Notes: generated from the letters alone by a model not told the origin. Positions 18,435-30,294 are shown, counted from the first letter of the stretch. The stretch is 64,000 nt of DNA from Rickettsia typhi (GCA_945865905.1 CAMBFC010000002.1:28333-92332), one strand, 5' to 3'. Translations and numbers: made by a program.

Positions 18435-19224
18435 GTCAGATAATCAAACAGATTTTGGATTTAAACGCGTTAATCGTGACGAAAAAGAGCATCTAGTCAA
18501 AGGAATTTTTTCAAATGTAGCAAAAAAATATGATTTGATGAACGATTTGATGAGTGCTGGCGTGCATCGGCTCTGGAAAAATAAAATGATCGCAGAGATT
18601 AATTTTAATGCCCCTAGCAACCTTTCAACATCTCAAAACCAAGATTCTACCTTAAAATTTATTGATGTTGCTGGTGGCACAGGAGACATCGCCTTTCGCA
18701 TTGCAAAAAAAGCCCAAGAAAAAAACCTTCCTCACAAAATTGAAGTTGTCGATATTAATCAAGAAATGCTCAATTGCGGCAAGAATCGCGCTGTCGATCT
18801 TAATTTATTTTCAAACTTAAATTTTAGCTGCGCCGATGGCGAAAAGCTGCCATTTTCAGATAATAGTTTTGATTTTTTTACCATAGCTTTTGGCATTCGC
18901 AACTTCACCAACATAGATAAGGGGCTAGCTGAAGCCCATCGCGTTTTAAAACCAAACGGCAAATTTATTTGTTTAGAATTCTCAAAAGTGAATAATTATT
19001 TTCTACAAAAATTCTACGATTCTTACTCTTTCAATGTTATTCCGCGCATTGGAGAAATTATTTTGCACGATCGCCAATCATACCAATATTTAGTCGAAAG
19101 TATTCGTAAATTTCCTAGCCAAGAAGCCTTTAAAAAGATGATTGGAGAGGCGGGATTCAAAAACACTTCTTACCAAAATTTAAGCTTTGGCGCAGCGGCA
19201 ATACATGTGGGAGAAAAGATTTAA
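18433..19224 (+). CDS. ubiE: demethylmenaquinone/ubiquinone C-methyltransferase
   Basis: Start set at the ATG at 18433 (MSDNQTDFGFKRV...VFSNVAKKYDLMNDLMSAGVHRLWK), which is the conserved UbiE N-terminus. SAM motif VDVAGGTGDIA. Confidence 0.88.
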   Translation: MSDNQTDFGFKRVNRDEKEHLVKGIFSNVAKKYDLMNDLMSAGVHRLWKNKMIAEINFNAPSNLSTSQNQDSTLKFIDVAGGTGDIAFRIAKKAQEKNLPHKIEVVDINQEMLNCGKNRAVDLNLFSNLNFSCADGEKLPFSDNSFDFFTIAFGIRNFTNIDKGLAEAHRVLKPNGKFICLEFSKVNNYFLQKFYDSYSFNVIPRIGEIILHDRQSYQYLVESIRKFPSQEAFKKMIGEAGFKNTSYQNLSFGAAAIHVGEKI

Positions 19225-19523
19225 ACCGAGAAAAAATTGGTGACAGAAAATAACAATACCAAAACATAAACCAGCGACACCAAAACCACAAACAATCCAA
19301 CATTCTCAAAATTAGCTCGTGCCAATAATTTTAAATTGGCAGAAGAAATATAAAACACTAGCAACCCACTGGCAAATAGCACTAGAGAATATATAAAAGC
19401 AAAAAATCCCGCATCAAAAAAGCCAACGAAAAAAAAGCAGCCATAAAGAAAAATTATCGGTAATAAAAAATTGATTATCGAGGAAAGAACTGGATCATTT
19501 TTCATTGATACAGATTTTGACAT
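19221..19523 (-). CDS. small hypothetical integral membrane protein (100 aa, about 3 TM)
   Basis: Strongly hydrophobic ORF 37 nt downstream of the pilin-like gene on the same strand. No family recognised. Confidence 0.4.
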   Translation of the reverse strand: MSKSVSMKNDPVLSSIINFLLPIIFLYGCFFFVGFFDAGFFAFIYSLVLFASGLLVFYISSANLKLLARANFENVGLFVVLVSLVYVLVLLFSVTNFFSV

Positions 19524-19560
19524 CTAGCCCTTCTGAAAAAGATTGGCTAGATGCGCAAGG

Positions 19561-20310
19561 TTATGAGTTAATATCAACTTGATAAGAAAGCGCACAAGCT
19601 TTTGTTGTTGTGTTTGTAGTGTATGCTGTAGTGCCAAAGCATAAAGCAAGAACACCTCTAACTTTGCCAGCATTAGCAACGCCATCATCAATTTTTGCAT
19701 CGATCGACAATGCATCAGTTGGAGCAATTGCTGCAGTGGATTTAAAGGAGGTGCCATTTACAAGGGTGTCGGTTGTGCTACCAGCAGCTATAGCACCAGT
19801 TAACACAACCACATTTTGCAACGATGTTGTATTATAGTCAAAATCCCATCCAGAGTTTTTAATTTTTGAACTAGGAACATTAGTGCCAAAGGTTGTGATA
19901 GCAGGAACTGTTGCAGCAACAGTTGTGGTAATTGTAGCTGAAATGATGCTTGAATCAAGAGTGCCCGCCCCTTTCATTTGATACCAAGCCGCTCTTCCCT
20001 CGTTAGTAGGAACCGTTGCTGTAGAGCTATAATATTGAATACTGCCATCACCATTACCAGCACTAGATCCGCCAATCGCTGTAGCGTAATCACCCGGAAG
20101 ATAGTTAAATTGGTTATAAAAACCATTAACCGCCGTTGCAAATGAACGAGCTTCGCTCATGATAGCGCGCAATTCAGAGCTTTTGATTAAGCTGGCACCA
20201 CCAGTAACACCAGCAATCAGCAAGCCGATAATGATCAGTACGATCGACAACTCTATTAGTGAAAAGGCTGATTTTTTTTTGTTTTTTCTGCAAAAAAGAG
20301 TCTGTTTCAT
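19561..20310 (-). CDS. type IV pilin-like / pseudopilin protein with a prepilin N-terminal cleavage-methylation motif
   Basis: Leader MKQTLFCRKNKKKSA then FSLIELSIVLIIIGLLIAGV (class III signal: F+1, E+5, hydrophobic helix). C-terminal Cys pair (...LCFG...KACALS...). Confidence 0.75.
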   Translation of the reverse strand: MKQTLFCRKNKKKSAFSLIELSIVLIIIGLLIAGVTGGASLIKSSELRAIMSEARSFATAVNGFYNQFNYLPGDYATAIGGSSAGNGDGSIQYYSSTATVPTNEGRAAWYQMKGAGTLDSSIISATITTTVAATVPAITTFGTNVPSSKIKNSGWDFDYNTTSLQNVVVLTGAIAAGSTTDTLVNGTSFKSTAAIAPTDALSIDAKIDDGVANAGKVRGVLALCFGTTAYTTNTTTKACALSYQVDINS

Positions 20311-20407
20311 ATTATCTATTTTCTAAAAATTGTTAAAATTTAAATCACTTTTTGTAAGAAGCTCAATTAAATAGCTAAAAACATTGACATTTTTTTTTAA
20401 TAAAAAA

Positions 20408-20881
20408 TCAAGCAAATTTTATCGCAATTACTTCATAATTAGCAATACCATTTGGAATTTTTATTTCAACTTCATCGCCAACTTCTTTATTTAATAGTGC
20501 GCGAGCCACTGGCGAAGTGCTTGAAATCAGGCCTTGATCGATGTTTGCTTCAAATTCACTAACAATTTTATAGGTGAATTTTTTGCCATTATCTAGATCT
20601 TCTAGATTAACCGTGGCGCCAAATTTGACTTTATTACCACTTTGTTTAGAAACATCAACAACCTCAGCACGCCCAATTTTATCTTCAAAATCATTGATTT
20701 GCGCCTCAATAAAGCCTTGCTTATCTTTTGCAGAGTGATATTCAGCATTTTCTTTTAAATCACCAAGCTCTCGCGCTGTAGCGATTGCTTGGATAATTTT
20801 TGGCCTTTCTTCATGTTTTAAATGATGCAATTCTAGCCTGAGTCTTTCGTAGCCCTCTTTAGTAATTTGAAATTTTTCCAT
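20408..20881 (-). CDS. greA: transcription elongation factor GreA
   Basis: ITKEGYERLRLEL...ARELGDLKENAEYHSAK and the C-terminal FKBP-like domain; 157 aa. Confidence 0.92.
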   Translation of the reverse strand: MEKFQITKEGYERLRLELHHLKHEERPKIIQAIATARELGDLKENAEYHSAKDKQGFIEAQINDFEDKIGRAEVVDVSKQSGNKVKFGATVNLEDLDNGKKFTYKIVSEFEANIDQGLISSTSPVARALLNKEVGDEVEIKIPNGIANYEVIAIKFA

Positions 20882-20884
20882 AAT

Positions 20885-22186
<1,302 letters not shown>

Positions 22187-22193
22187 TTAAAAA

Positions 22194-22937
22194 TTAAGCT
22201 AAAAATAACCATAAAAAAGGAATAATAATAGAATAGCCAAAGCTAAATCTAATTTTATTATCGGGCACATCAAACAAAAGCATCATGGTGAAAATTATCA
22301 TCACTACTGAAAAATATAAAAGAAAATCTGGAATATTTAAACAAACCGCAACAATTAAAATGAATTTTGTATAATCAAATGATTGTTCTTGAGTAGCAAA
22401 TAAGCGCGGGTTTTTTTTGTAAAAAATTTGATAAAAAATTGTGGCACAAATTATTCCAACCAAGCCCGAATAAACAATATCGGTTATAGAATGATCAACC
22501 AGAACCCTGCTTGCCAAACCAATCGTAACTAAAAAATTTAGTAACTGATATGGAAAAACTTTATGCTTAAAATCAGTTACAATCAAAATAATGCATGGCA
22601 CGGCGATCAGGGCGGCAAGAATAAATTGCTCTGTAAAGCCAAATTTTAAATAGCAAAAAATAAAAAGTGTGGTGGTTGTTAATTCAATAAATAGGTGGGC
22701 GCGCGGAATTTTTGCTTGACATTTGCTGCATTTGCCAAGAGTAAAAATCCAGTTGAGCAGTGGGATTAGCTCTCTTGTTCTGATTGTTGAGCCGCATTTT
22801 GGACATTGCGATTTATTACCAAAATATCTGCCGAAGCAAGATTCTCCGATTGGCAGACGATGCGCGAATAATGTGGCATAAGAGCCAAAAATAGCTCCAA
22901 AAATAGCGGCGATTATTATTCCAAAAGTTTGTTCCAT
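22194..22937 (-). CDS. prepilin peptidase (A24 family), divergent
   Basis: Paired Cys motifs CPKCGS...CSKCQAKI, a polytopic membrane body, and a first catalytic-Asp context IVTDFKHKVFPYQL. The second Asp context (SFDYTKF) deviates from the usual GxGDVKL. Confidence 0.8.
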   Translation of the reverse strand: MEQTFGIIIAAIFGAIFGSYATLFAHRLPIGESCFGRYFGNKSQCPKCGSTIRTRELIPLLNWIFTLGKCSKCQAKIPRAHLFIELTTTTLFIFCYLKFGFTEQFILAALIAVPCIILIVTDFKHKVFPYQLLNFLVTIGLASRVLVDHSITDIVYSGLVGIICATIFYQIFYKKNPRLFATQEQSFDYTKFILIVAVCLNIPDFLLYFSVVMIIFTMMLLFDVPDNKIRFSFGYSIIIPFLWLFLA

Positions 22938-23435
22938 TTAGTGTTTCTCCAAATATAAGATCACATCAGCGCGATCTTGTGGTTTTTTAAGGCCGGCAAA
23001 ACCCATTTTTGTGCCAACAACATAATCTTTTGGCTTAGTTAAAAATAGGTTTAAATCATCGCGAGACCAAGAGCCGCCTTTTTTTATCATAGCCTCCGAA
23101 TATTTAAAACTAGTAATTGCTGCTTTTTTTCTACCAACAACACCAAATAAATTAGGGCCAATTTTATTGCCGCCGCCATTATCTGCATTGTGACAAGTGG
23201 CACATTTTTTAAAGATTTTTGCACCATTATCGAAATTGGCTAATTTTAAAAGAGCAGCAAAATCAACGGGCTTTTCTTCTTTTTTGATCACTTTTCCATC
23301 GGCAGAGATTTGAATTTCGAAGCCTCTTTTTAGCACTGGTTTTGAACGATAAAATAAATCTGCAAAAAGCGTTGCAACGACAACGATGGCGATAGAAATC
23401 AGAAATGCAAAAAATGGAATTTTGAACTTATCCAT
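22938..23435 (-). CDS. membrane-anchored class I cytochrome c (CycM-like)
   Basis: N-terminal TM anchor and the heme motif CATCH in GAKIFKKCATCHNADNGGGNKIGPNLFGV, with a distal Met in GTKMGFAGL. Confidence 0.8.
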   Translation of the reverse strand: MDKFKIPFFAFLISIAIVVVATLFADLFYRSKPVLKRGFEIQISADGKVIKKEEKPVDFAALLKLANFDNGAKIFKKCATCHNADNGGGNKIGPNLFGVVGRKKAAITSFKYSEAMIKKGGSWSRDDLNLFLTKPKDYVVGTKMGFAGLKKPQDRADVILYLEKH

Positions 23436-23445
23436 AGCTAGGCTA

Positions 23446-24375
23446 TTAAAAAAGAATTGAAAGAGATTTTTCTTCAGAAATATTACGAATTGCTTCCCCC
23501 AAAAGATCAGCCATATTTATAATACGAATATTTTTAACTTCTAGAGTTTCTTTTCTTGCTTCAATTGAGTTTGTTATTACTAAATTTTGAAGCTTAGAAT
23601 TAGCAATTTTTTCATTAGCATTTGATGATAAAACGCCGTGCGTAATATAGGCCGAAACAGACTTTGCGCCCTTCTCTATCAAGGCATCTGCAGCATTGCA
23701 TAATGTGCCCCCAGAATCAACAATATCATCAATAATGATACAATTTTTGCCATTAATATCGCCTATGATGTTCATTACTTCGCTTACTCCGGCACGGGGG
23801 CGACGCTTATCAACAATCGCAAGATCAGCTCCAACTCTTTTGGCAATATCGCGTGCGCGCACAAGTCCACCAACATCTGGGGATACTATGACTAAATTAT
23901 CACTGCTAAAATTATTTTTTATATCCGCCGCAAAAACTGGCGACGCATAAAGATTATCAACCGGAATATCAAAAAATCCTTGAATTTGCGAAGCATGCAA
24001 ATCAAGCGTTAGAACGCGATCAGCGCCAGATGAGGTAATTAAGTTTGCCACCAACTTTGCCGAGATTGGAGTGCGTGGAGCGGCTTTACGATCTTGTCTT
24101 GCATAACCGTAATAAGGAATAACAGCGGTGATTCTGTGAGCTGAAGCACGACGCAGAGCGTCAATTGTGATCAGAAGTTCCATGATATTATCGTTAGCCG
24201 GCTTCGAGGTTGATTGTATCACGAATATATCTTCACCGCGTACATTCTCACGAATCTCAACAAATACTTCATGGTCGGAAAATCTTTTGATTTCCGCATC
24301 AACTAAATCTATTTTAAGATATTTAGCGATTTCTTTTGAAAGAGTAATATTGCTATTGCAAGCTAAAAGTTTCAT
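23446..24375 (-). CDS. prs: ribose-phosphate pyrophosphokinase
   Basis: YGYARQDRK and the PRPP-binding loop [13 protein letters not shown]; 309 aa. Confidence 0.95.
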   Translation of the reverse strand: MKLLACNSNITLSKEIAKYLKIDLVDAEIKRFSDHEVFVEIRENVRGEDIFVIQSTSKPANDNIMELLITIDALRRASAHRITAVIPYYGYARQDRKAAPRTPISAKLVANLITSSGADRVLTLDLHASQIQGFFDIPVDNLYASPVFAADIKNNFSSDNLVIVSPDVGGLVRARDIAKRVGADLAIVDKRRPRAGVSEVMNIIGDINGKNCIIIDDIVDSGGTLCNAADALIEKGAKSVSAYITHGVLSSNANEKIANSKLQNLVITNSIEARKETLEVKNIRIINMADLLGEAIRNISEEKSLSILF

Positions 24376-24470
24376 ATTTTTAATTTAATCTTTAAAAACA
24401 TTTGATTAAATATTTAAATCAAAGAGGTTTGTGATATTATAAACAAAACAATCAACAATTTCAACACATT

Positions 24471-24908
24471 ATGGAAGAAGTATTTGAGCTATATGAAATT
24501 ATTAAAATTGTGCACATTGTTGCAGCAATATCATGGTTTGCGGGGCTTTTATATTTACCGCGTATTTTTGTTTATCACACCCAAGTTGCAGTTGGATCGG
24601 AAGCTGATAAAATATTTCAAATCATGGAATTGAAGCTTTTGCGCTATATTATGACTCCAGCAATGATTGCGACTTTATCTTTTGGTCTATATTTGTCGAG
24701 TGAAATTGGCTTTGAATTTATATGGCTACATATCAAGATTACTCTGGTGCTTTTGTTGGTTGCTTATCAATATTTTCTTAGCCGATGTCGTAAAAATTTT
24801 GCTCTCGGACAAAATAAACATAGCCATAAATTTTATCGCCTTATCAATGAGATGCCTATTTTGGCGCTAATCGCAATTGTGTCATTAGTAATTTTAAAGC
24901 CATTTTAA
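24471..24908 (+). CDS. hemJ: protoporphyrinogen IX oxidase HemJ family membrane protein
   Basis: KIVHIVAAISWFAGLLYLPRIFVYH (the conserved HemJ N-terminal helix with His); 4 TM, 145 aa. Confidence 0.8.
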   Translation: MEEVFELYEIIKIVHIVAAISWFAGLLYLPRIFVYHTQVAVGSEADKIFQIMELKLLRYIMTPAMIATLSFGLYLSSEIGFEFIWLHIKITLVLLLVAYQYFLSRCRKNFALGQNKHSHKFYRLINEMPILALIAIVSLVILKPF

Positions 24909-25471
24909 TGAATAACTTAGTCAAAATCACCGAAGCAGAATTTAATGTAAAACTTGATCTGCGCTACGCCTCTGCCAATAATGTTTGCGGAATAAAATTA
25001 TATTCTACTCCAGCTTGCTATCTTCATAAAGATGCCTCTGAAGCATTGCTGCGAGCGATTAAAATTGCTGCTAAAAAAAATCTACGCTTCAAAATTTTTG
25101 ATGGATTTCGTCCGATAAAAGTGCAGCAATTTATGTTTGATAAATTTCCTGATGATAGTGAAAGTGGCGGCTTTGTTTCCAATCCAAAAACCGGATCAAC
25201 CCCTCATTGTCGCGGCGTTGCGATTGATTTAACTTTGATTGATTCGAATGATAATGAATTAGAAATGGGTTCTGATTTTGATGAATTTTCTGATTTGGCT
25301 TTTCATAGTTGTGAGAAAATTTCTGAGACAGCAAAAAAAAATCGGCGATTATTATTTGATATTATGAAAGATGCTGGTTGGGATTTTTATAGCAAAGAAT
25401 GGTGGCATTATCAGCTGTTTAATGCTCGCGAGTTTGCAATTATACAAGATGATTTTTTGAGCGAGATTTAA
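24908..25471 (+). CDS. ddpX: D-alanyl-D-alanine dipeptidase (M15D, VanX/DdpX-like)
   Basis: FDGFRP, HCRGVAIDLTL (HxxGxAxD), EWWHY (the zinc and catalytic residues of the VanX family). Confidence 0.8.
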   Translation: MNNLVKITEAEFNVKLDLRYASANNVCGIKLYSTPACYLHKDASEALLRAIKIAAKKNLRFKIFDGFRPIKVQQFMFDKFPDDSESGGFVSNPKTGSTPHCRGVAIDLTLIDSNDNELEMGSDFDEFSDLAFHSCEKISETAKKNRRLLFDIMKDAGWDFYSKEWWHYQLFNAREFAIIQDDFLSEI

Positions 25472-25487
25472 TCTATTTTGAACAAAA

Positions 25488-27653
25488 TTAAGAATAAAAT
25501 TTCTCGCCATTTTGCGCCATTTTTACTAACAATTTGCTGATTTCAAATCTCTTGCCATTTTTCTTTTCAAACTCAGTTAAGCGAGCAACAACTTTATCAA
25601 TTCCTATAAAATCAGCATAGCGCAAAACTCCGCCCCTAAAGGCTGGAAAGCCAGTTCCCATAATCATTGCCATATCTAAATAACGGGCATTTTTTACAAC
25701 ATTTTCTTCTAAACATTTTGCCGCCTCATTAACCATTGTCAAAATACAACGATCAATAATTTCTTCATCAGAAATATAAAAAGTGGTGATTTTTTTCTCT
25801 TGACGCAAATCGCTAACAATCTTTGCCATGGCAGGATTTAGAGATTTATTATTTTCTCCTGAAAAATGCAGATAAAAACCTTTTTGTGATTTTTTTCCGA
25901 GCAATTCTTTGTGATTTTTATAAATATCATCGAGAATATCTGCTACGCGCATGCGTTCTCCATAGGCCTCTTGCAAAGAATGAGCTACTTTACAACCAAC
26001 ATCAATTCCTACCACATCGGCTAGAATAAATGGCCCCATTGGCATGCCAAATTTTTCGATTAAAGCATCAACGCGCACAATATCTGCGCCTTCTTGCAAT
26101 AGATAAGAGGATTCGTTCATGTATGGCAGCAAAATTCTGTTGACCAAAAATCCTGCTACATCTTTTACTACAACTGGGGTTTTGCCAAGTTTTTTTGTTA
26201 ATTTTACCACTGAAGCAATTGTTGCATCAGAGGTTTTTTCACCGCGAATTACTTCAACCAATGGCATGCGATTTACTGGATTGAAAAAATGCATGCCTGC
26301 AAAGCGCTCAGGTTTTTGTAGGCGTTGCGCCATATCACTAATTGATAGAGACGAAGTATTGCTAACAATAATAGTGCTATTTTTTACTTTAGCTTCAACT
26401 TCAGCGAGCAGATTTTTTTTGACCACCATATTTTCTACTACTGCTTCAAGCACAAAATCAACATTGTCAAAACCAATAAAATCAAGGCCTGAAGTGATTT
26501 TCGCCATCTTCATGCTAACTTGCTCAGGTGTGATTTTTTTAATTTTTTTAAGCTGATTAAAAATTTTAAGAACCTGATTATAGCCTAGAGTGATAGCATT
26601 TTGCGTGATATCTTTAATGCGAATATTGATGTTGCTATTGGCAAATAACCAAGCGATTCCGCCTCCCATAACGCCTGCACCAAGCAAGGCAGCATTGCGA
26701 ATATCTGGCGCCGCAGCCACAACTGACGCACCATCATCCTTTTTTAACTCTTCACTGATAAAGAAAATTTCAATCAAATTTTTTGATATTGAGCCAACTG
26801 CTAATTCGCAAAAGGCCTCTAGCTCGACAGCGTATCCACGCTTGCTATATGTGAGTCCGTAGGTTCTTTTGATAACTTCAAGAGCATAAAAAGGTGCTGG
26901 ATATTGACCCTTAGTTTTTTGCCATAAATCTTTTTTTACTAGATAAAAAACTAAATATTTTGTTAACAAAATTGATTCGATGATGAAGCGTTTATTTGCA
27001 GAATCACGACGCGATTTTAAATAGTGATTTTCTTCACCACTTTTGATAATTTCAGTAACAAAATGACTGAGTTTTTCTTCAAGAAATTCTTCACGGATTA
27101 TATCATCAACAAGGCCAATTTTAAAAGCTTTTTTGGCATCAATCGGCTTGCCAGTAAGAATTATTTTTAGTGATTCTTGTAAGCCAACCAACCTAGGCAG
27201 ACGCTGCGTTCCACCAAATCCGGGGATGATACCAAGATTAACTTCTGGCAAGCCCAGCATTGTTTTTGCACTTAAAACTGCAACGCGATATTTGCAAGCA
27301 AGAGCCAACTCTAAACCACCGCCAAGACAGGCTCCGTTTATCACGGCAATAGTTGGAATTTTTAATTCAGCGATTCTGCCAATAACATTTTGACCACGAG
27401 AAACTTTGGCATAAGCATCTTTTTGATCATTGATACCCTTGATTTCGTTGATATCAGCGCCCGCAATAAAAATATCTTTTTTATCAGAAGTGATCAATAA
27501 AATACGAATTGCTTTATTGCCCTCAATTACATTAAGAGCCTTCTCAAGCTCTAATAAAACTGACTCAGAAAGCTTATTTATTTTTTCATTCGGCAAATCA
27601 AAAATTAGATTTGCTACACCACCTCTATCAATCGAAAATTTTAAATTTGACAT
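25488..27653 (-). CDS. fadB: fatty-acid oxidation complex alpha subunit (enoyl-CoA hydratase / 3-hydroxyacyl-CoA dehydrogenase)
   Basis: N-terminal crotonase fold (FIAGADINE...GGGLELALAC) and a central NAD-binding GAGVMGGGIA with HFFNP; 721 aa. No thiolase gene is adjacent. Confidence 0.9.
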   Translation of the reverse strand: MSNLKFSIDRGGVANLIFDLPNEKINKLSESVLLELEKALNVIEGNKAIRILLITSDKKDIFIAGADINEIKGINDQKDAYAKVSRGQNVIGRIAELKIPTIAVINGACLGGGLELALACKYRVAVLSAKTMLGLPEVNLGIIPGFGGTQRLPRLVGLQESLKIILTGKPIDAKKAFKIGLVDDIIREEFLEEKLSHFVTEIIKSGEENHYLKSRRDSANKRFIIESILLTKYLVFYLVKKDLWQKTKGQYPAPFYALEVIKRTYGLTYSKRGYAVELEAFCELAVGSISKNLIEIFFISEELKKDDGASVVAAAPDIRNAALLGAGVMGGGIAWLFANSNINIRIKDITQNAITLGYNQVLKIFNQLKKIKKITPEQVSMKMAKITSGLDFIGFDNVDFVLEAVVENMVVKKNLLAEVEAKVKNSTIIVSNTSSLSISDMAQRLQKPERFAGMHFFNPVNRMPLVEVIRGEKTSDATIASVVKLTKKLGKTPVVVKDVAGFLVNRILLPYMNESSYLLQEGADIVRVDALIEKFGMPMGPFILADVVGIDVGCKVAHSLQEAYGERMRVADILDDIYKNHKELLGKKSQKGFYLHFSGENNKSLNPAMAKIVSDLRQEKKITTFYISDEEIIDRCILTMVNEAAKCLEENVVKNARYLDMAMIMGTGFPAFRGGVLRYADFIGIDKVVARLTEFEKKNGKRFEISKLLVKMAQNGEKFYS

Positions 27654-27665
27654 TTTTTATTTTAA

Positions 27666-28607
27666 TTAATGTGCTAAAAATTTTTCTACTTCTAATGCTG
27701 CCATGCAGCCAGTGCCAGCGGCTGTAACCGCTTGACGATAAATTTTATCTTGGATGTCGCCAGCCGCAAAAACTCCCTCAATATTAGTTGTAGTGGTGCC
27801 TTTTTTGGTAACAATATATCCTTCAGAATCAATATCTAAGACCGTTGCTTTAAATAAATCAGAATTTGGTTTGTGACCAATTGCGATGAAGATTCCATCA
27901 ATTTTTATTTCTTTGATTGAACCATCAACGGTATTTTTTAGGCGCGCGCCCGTAACTGATTTAGGGTTTTCAGATCCCACCACTTCATCTAATGCATGAT
28001 TCCAAATTACTTCGATTTTCGAATTTTTAAATAGTCTGTCTTGTAGAATTTTTTCTGCTTTAAATTTTGCGCCACGATGCACTACAAAAACTTTTGCAGC
28101 GTGATTAGTTAAATACAAAGCCTCTTCAACCGCACTATTACCGCCCCCAACCACAATAACATTTTTATTTTTGAAAAAAAATCCATCGCAAGTTGCGCAA
28201 CCAGAAACACCAAAGCCTTGGAATTTTTTTTCTGATTCAAGCCCAAGCCACTTAGCTTGAGCGCCTGTTGAAATAATTACCGCATCAGCTTCATAAACAT
28301 CATCAGATTCGCCAACCATTGTGAATGGTCGCTTAGAGAAATCTACTGACTTAATATGATCATTTATTAATCGCGTACCAACATGCTCAGCCTGCTTTGC
28401 CATTTGCTCTACAAGCCATGGCCCCTGAATTGAATCAGCAAAACCAGGATAATTTTCAACCTCAGTTGTGATGGTAAGTTGGCCTCCCGGTTGCATTCCA
28501 CTAACTAAAATTGGCTGCAAATTTGCTCGCGCCGCATAAATTGCCGCACTATATCCTGCGGGCCCAGAACCGATTATTATTACTTTTGATTTATGTTTAT
28601 TTGTCAT
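27666..28607 (-). CDS. trxB: thioredoxin-disulfide reductase
   Basis: GSGPAGYSAAIYAAR, redox-active CATCDG, GGGNSAVEEA, AAGD. Confidence 0.92.
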   Translation of the reverse strand: MTNKHKSKVIIIGSGPAGYSAAIYAARANLQPILVSGMQPGGQLTITTEVENYPGFADSIQGPWLVEQMAKQAEHVGTRLINDHIKSVDFSKRPFTMVGESDDVYEADAVIISTGAQAKWLGLESEKKFQGFGVSGCATCDGFFFKNKNVIVVGGGNSAVEEALYLTNHAAKVFVVHRGAKFKAEKILQDRLFKNSKIEVIWNHALDEVVGSENPKSVTGARLKNTVDGSIKEIKIDGIFIAIGHKPNSDLFKATVLDIDSEGYIVTKKGTTTTNIEGVFAAGDIQDKIYRQAVTAAGTGCMAALEVEKFLAH

Positions 28608-28659
28608 TTTATAAGTGATTTCATTTATATAAATAATTTATATAAATTTGTTATATGAT

Positions 28660-29403
28660 TTATATCATCAACATTCCGCCATTAACATGCAGCGTTTGAC
28701 CAGTGATATAACTCGCATCGTCACTCGCTAAAAATGCCACAGCGGCAGCAATTTCTTTAGGTTCACCCATTTTTTGCATTGGGATCGAACCGAGAATTCC
28801 TTGCTTTTGCGTATCATTCAAAATATCAGTCATTGCTGTTTGAATAAAGCCCGGAGCCACACAATTAATAGTGATTCCGCGAGTTGCAACTTCTGCAGCA
28901 AAAGATTTGCTCATGCCGATCATCCCAGCTTTTGAGGCAACATAATTGGCCTGCCCCGGATTGCCCGTAACGCCAACAACTGAGGCGATATTAATGATTC
29001 TGCCAGCTTTGCGACGAATCATTTTTTTAATTGCCGCACGATTTAACATAAAAGTTGATTTTAGATTTATATCCAAAACATGATCCCAATCTTCATTTTT
29101 CATTCTTAAAGCAAGATTGTCTTTGGTGATTCCTGCGTTACAAACTAAAATATCAACAACGCCGCCGGCAAGCTCTTCTGCGCTATCAAATAAAGCTTCT
29201 ACTTGCGCAATATCAGATAAATTGCAGGCTAATATTTTGCATTTATCTTCACCAATTTTTGTCGCTAATTCTTTAAGACGATCTTCTTTGGTGCCTGATA
29301 AAATAAGTTTAGCGCCTTGTTTGGCAAGGCTTTCAGCGATTGCTGCACCAATTCCACCAGTTGCGCCAGTAACTAAAGCTGTTTTTCCTGTAAGTCTGAA
29401 CAT
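28660..29403 (-). CDS. fabG: 3-oxoacyl-[ACP] reductase
   Basis: TGATGGIG, NAGIT, YVASKAG (SDR catalytic YxxxK); 247 aa. Confidence 0.9.
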   Translation of the reverse strand: MFRLTGKTALVTGATGGIGAAIAESLAKQGAKLILSGTKEDRLKELATKIGEDKCKILACNLSDIAQVEALFDSAEELAGGVVDILVCNAGITKDNLALRMKNEDWDHVLDINLKSTFMLNRAAIKKMIRRKAGRIINIASVVGVTGNPGQANYVASKAGMIGMSKSFAAEVATRGITINCVAPGFIQTAMTDILNDTQKQGILGSIPMQKMGEPKEIAAAVAFLASDDASYITGQTLHVNGGMLMI

Positions 29404-29418
29404 AAATAAAAATAAAAA

Positions 29419-30294
29419 TTAATTAACAATTTCGATCAAGCGATTCATTTTTTCGATTTCCTTTTTAGAATAGCCAGTATCATCATATTTTTCACTAGGC
29501 TTTTTCTGATGTAACGTTTTTGCGCTATTTTCAGATTTTTTAGATGAAGCATTTGCTCCGACTCCATCCTTTTCGGATAAAGCCCCCGCACTGCCACCAA
29601 CATCATCACCAACACCATTTTCATCATCTTCGCTCACATCCTCAACCGCATCATCAGAATTTATTTTTGTTGGCTTAATTTCATCCAATAAATTAGTTTC
29701 CATACTATCAATTGCCTTACTCACTAAAGGATTAACTATCTCTCCAGCAAATTTTATAATTGAAAAACATTTAGCTTTATTTAGCCATTCAGGAAGATCT
29801 TGATCGAGATCTTCTTCGCCATCTTTATGTTTTTTATTTTTTGATAATTCGTGATGCTTTTTTGGTTTTGCATCTTCTGCTATTTGGGCATTGCCTAACA
29901 ATATTGAATAAAAATTTATCACAACAGCATAAAATAATCCAAAGATTAGTAGCGATTTAAAAGCTCCATAAAATACACCTAAAATACGATCAAGATTTTC
30001 AGGCATTTTATCTTTCCAATCATGAGCCAAAGATCTTGTAGCAAAGGCCATAATAATAAAGATTACAACAAAAACCATCGAACCACTTGCAACATTAACT
30101 ATAAGTTTATTATGCGAATAAGTCTCAACAAATTTTGCCGCATAAGGCGCCAACAAATATGAGAGAGAAATTGTGACGATCCAATTAAATAACGCAAAAA
30201 GCTCTTTTACAAAACCTCGAAAAAAGGCCACAAGTATAAAAATAAAAGATGCGGCTACAAAAATTAAATCGAACATATTAAAAGTTGTCGACAT
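29419..30294 (-). CDS. cvpA: CvpA-family membrane protein with an acidic/Gly-rich C-terminal extension
   Basis: N-terminus FDLIFVAASFIFILVAFFRGFVKELFALFNWIV is typical of CvpA, with 4 TM. An unusual roughly 130-aa hydrophilic tail follows. Confidence 0.65.
   Translation of the reverse strand: MSTTFNMFDLIFVAASFIFILVAFFRGFVKELFALFNWIVTISLSYLLAPYAAKFVETYSHNKLIVNVASGSMVFVVIFIIMAFATRSLAHDWKDKMPENLDRILGVFYGAFKSLLIFGLFYAVVINFYSILLGNAQIAEDAKPKKHHELSKNKKHKDGEEDLDQDLPEWLNKAKCFSIIKFAGEIVNPLVSKAIDSMETNLLDEIKPTKINSDDAVEDVSEDDENGVGDDVGGSAGALSEKDGVGANASSKKSENSAKTLHQKKPSEKYDDTGYSKKEIEKMNRLIEIVN

Noticed and set aside
19524-19757. 77-aa minus-strand ORF that overlaps the 3' part of the pilin-like gene.
   Set aside because: It is an alternative frame of the pilin gene. 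The pilin frame is supported by the class III signal and the C-terminal Cys pair.
24401-24423. AT-rich near-palindrome TTTGATT-N9-AATCAAA between divergent prs and hemJ.
   Set aside because: The arms are only 7 bp in very AT-rich DNA, so it is easily expected by chance. I know of no regulator consensus that it matches.
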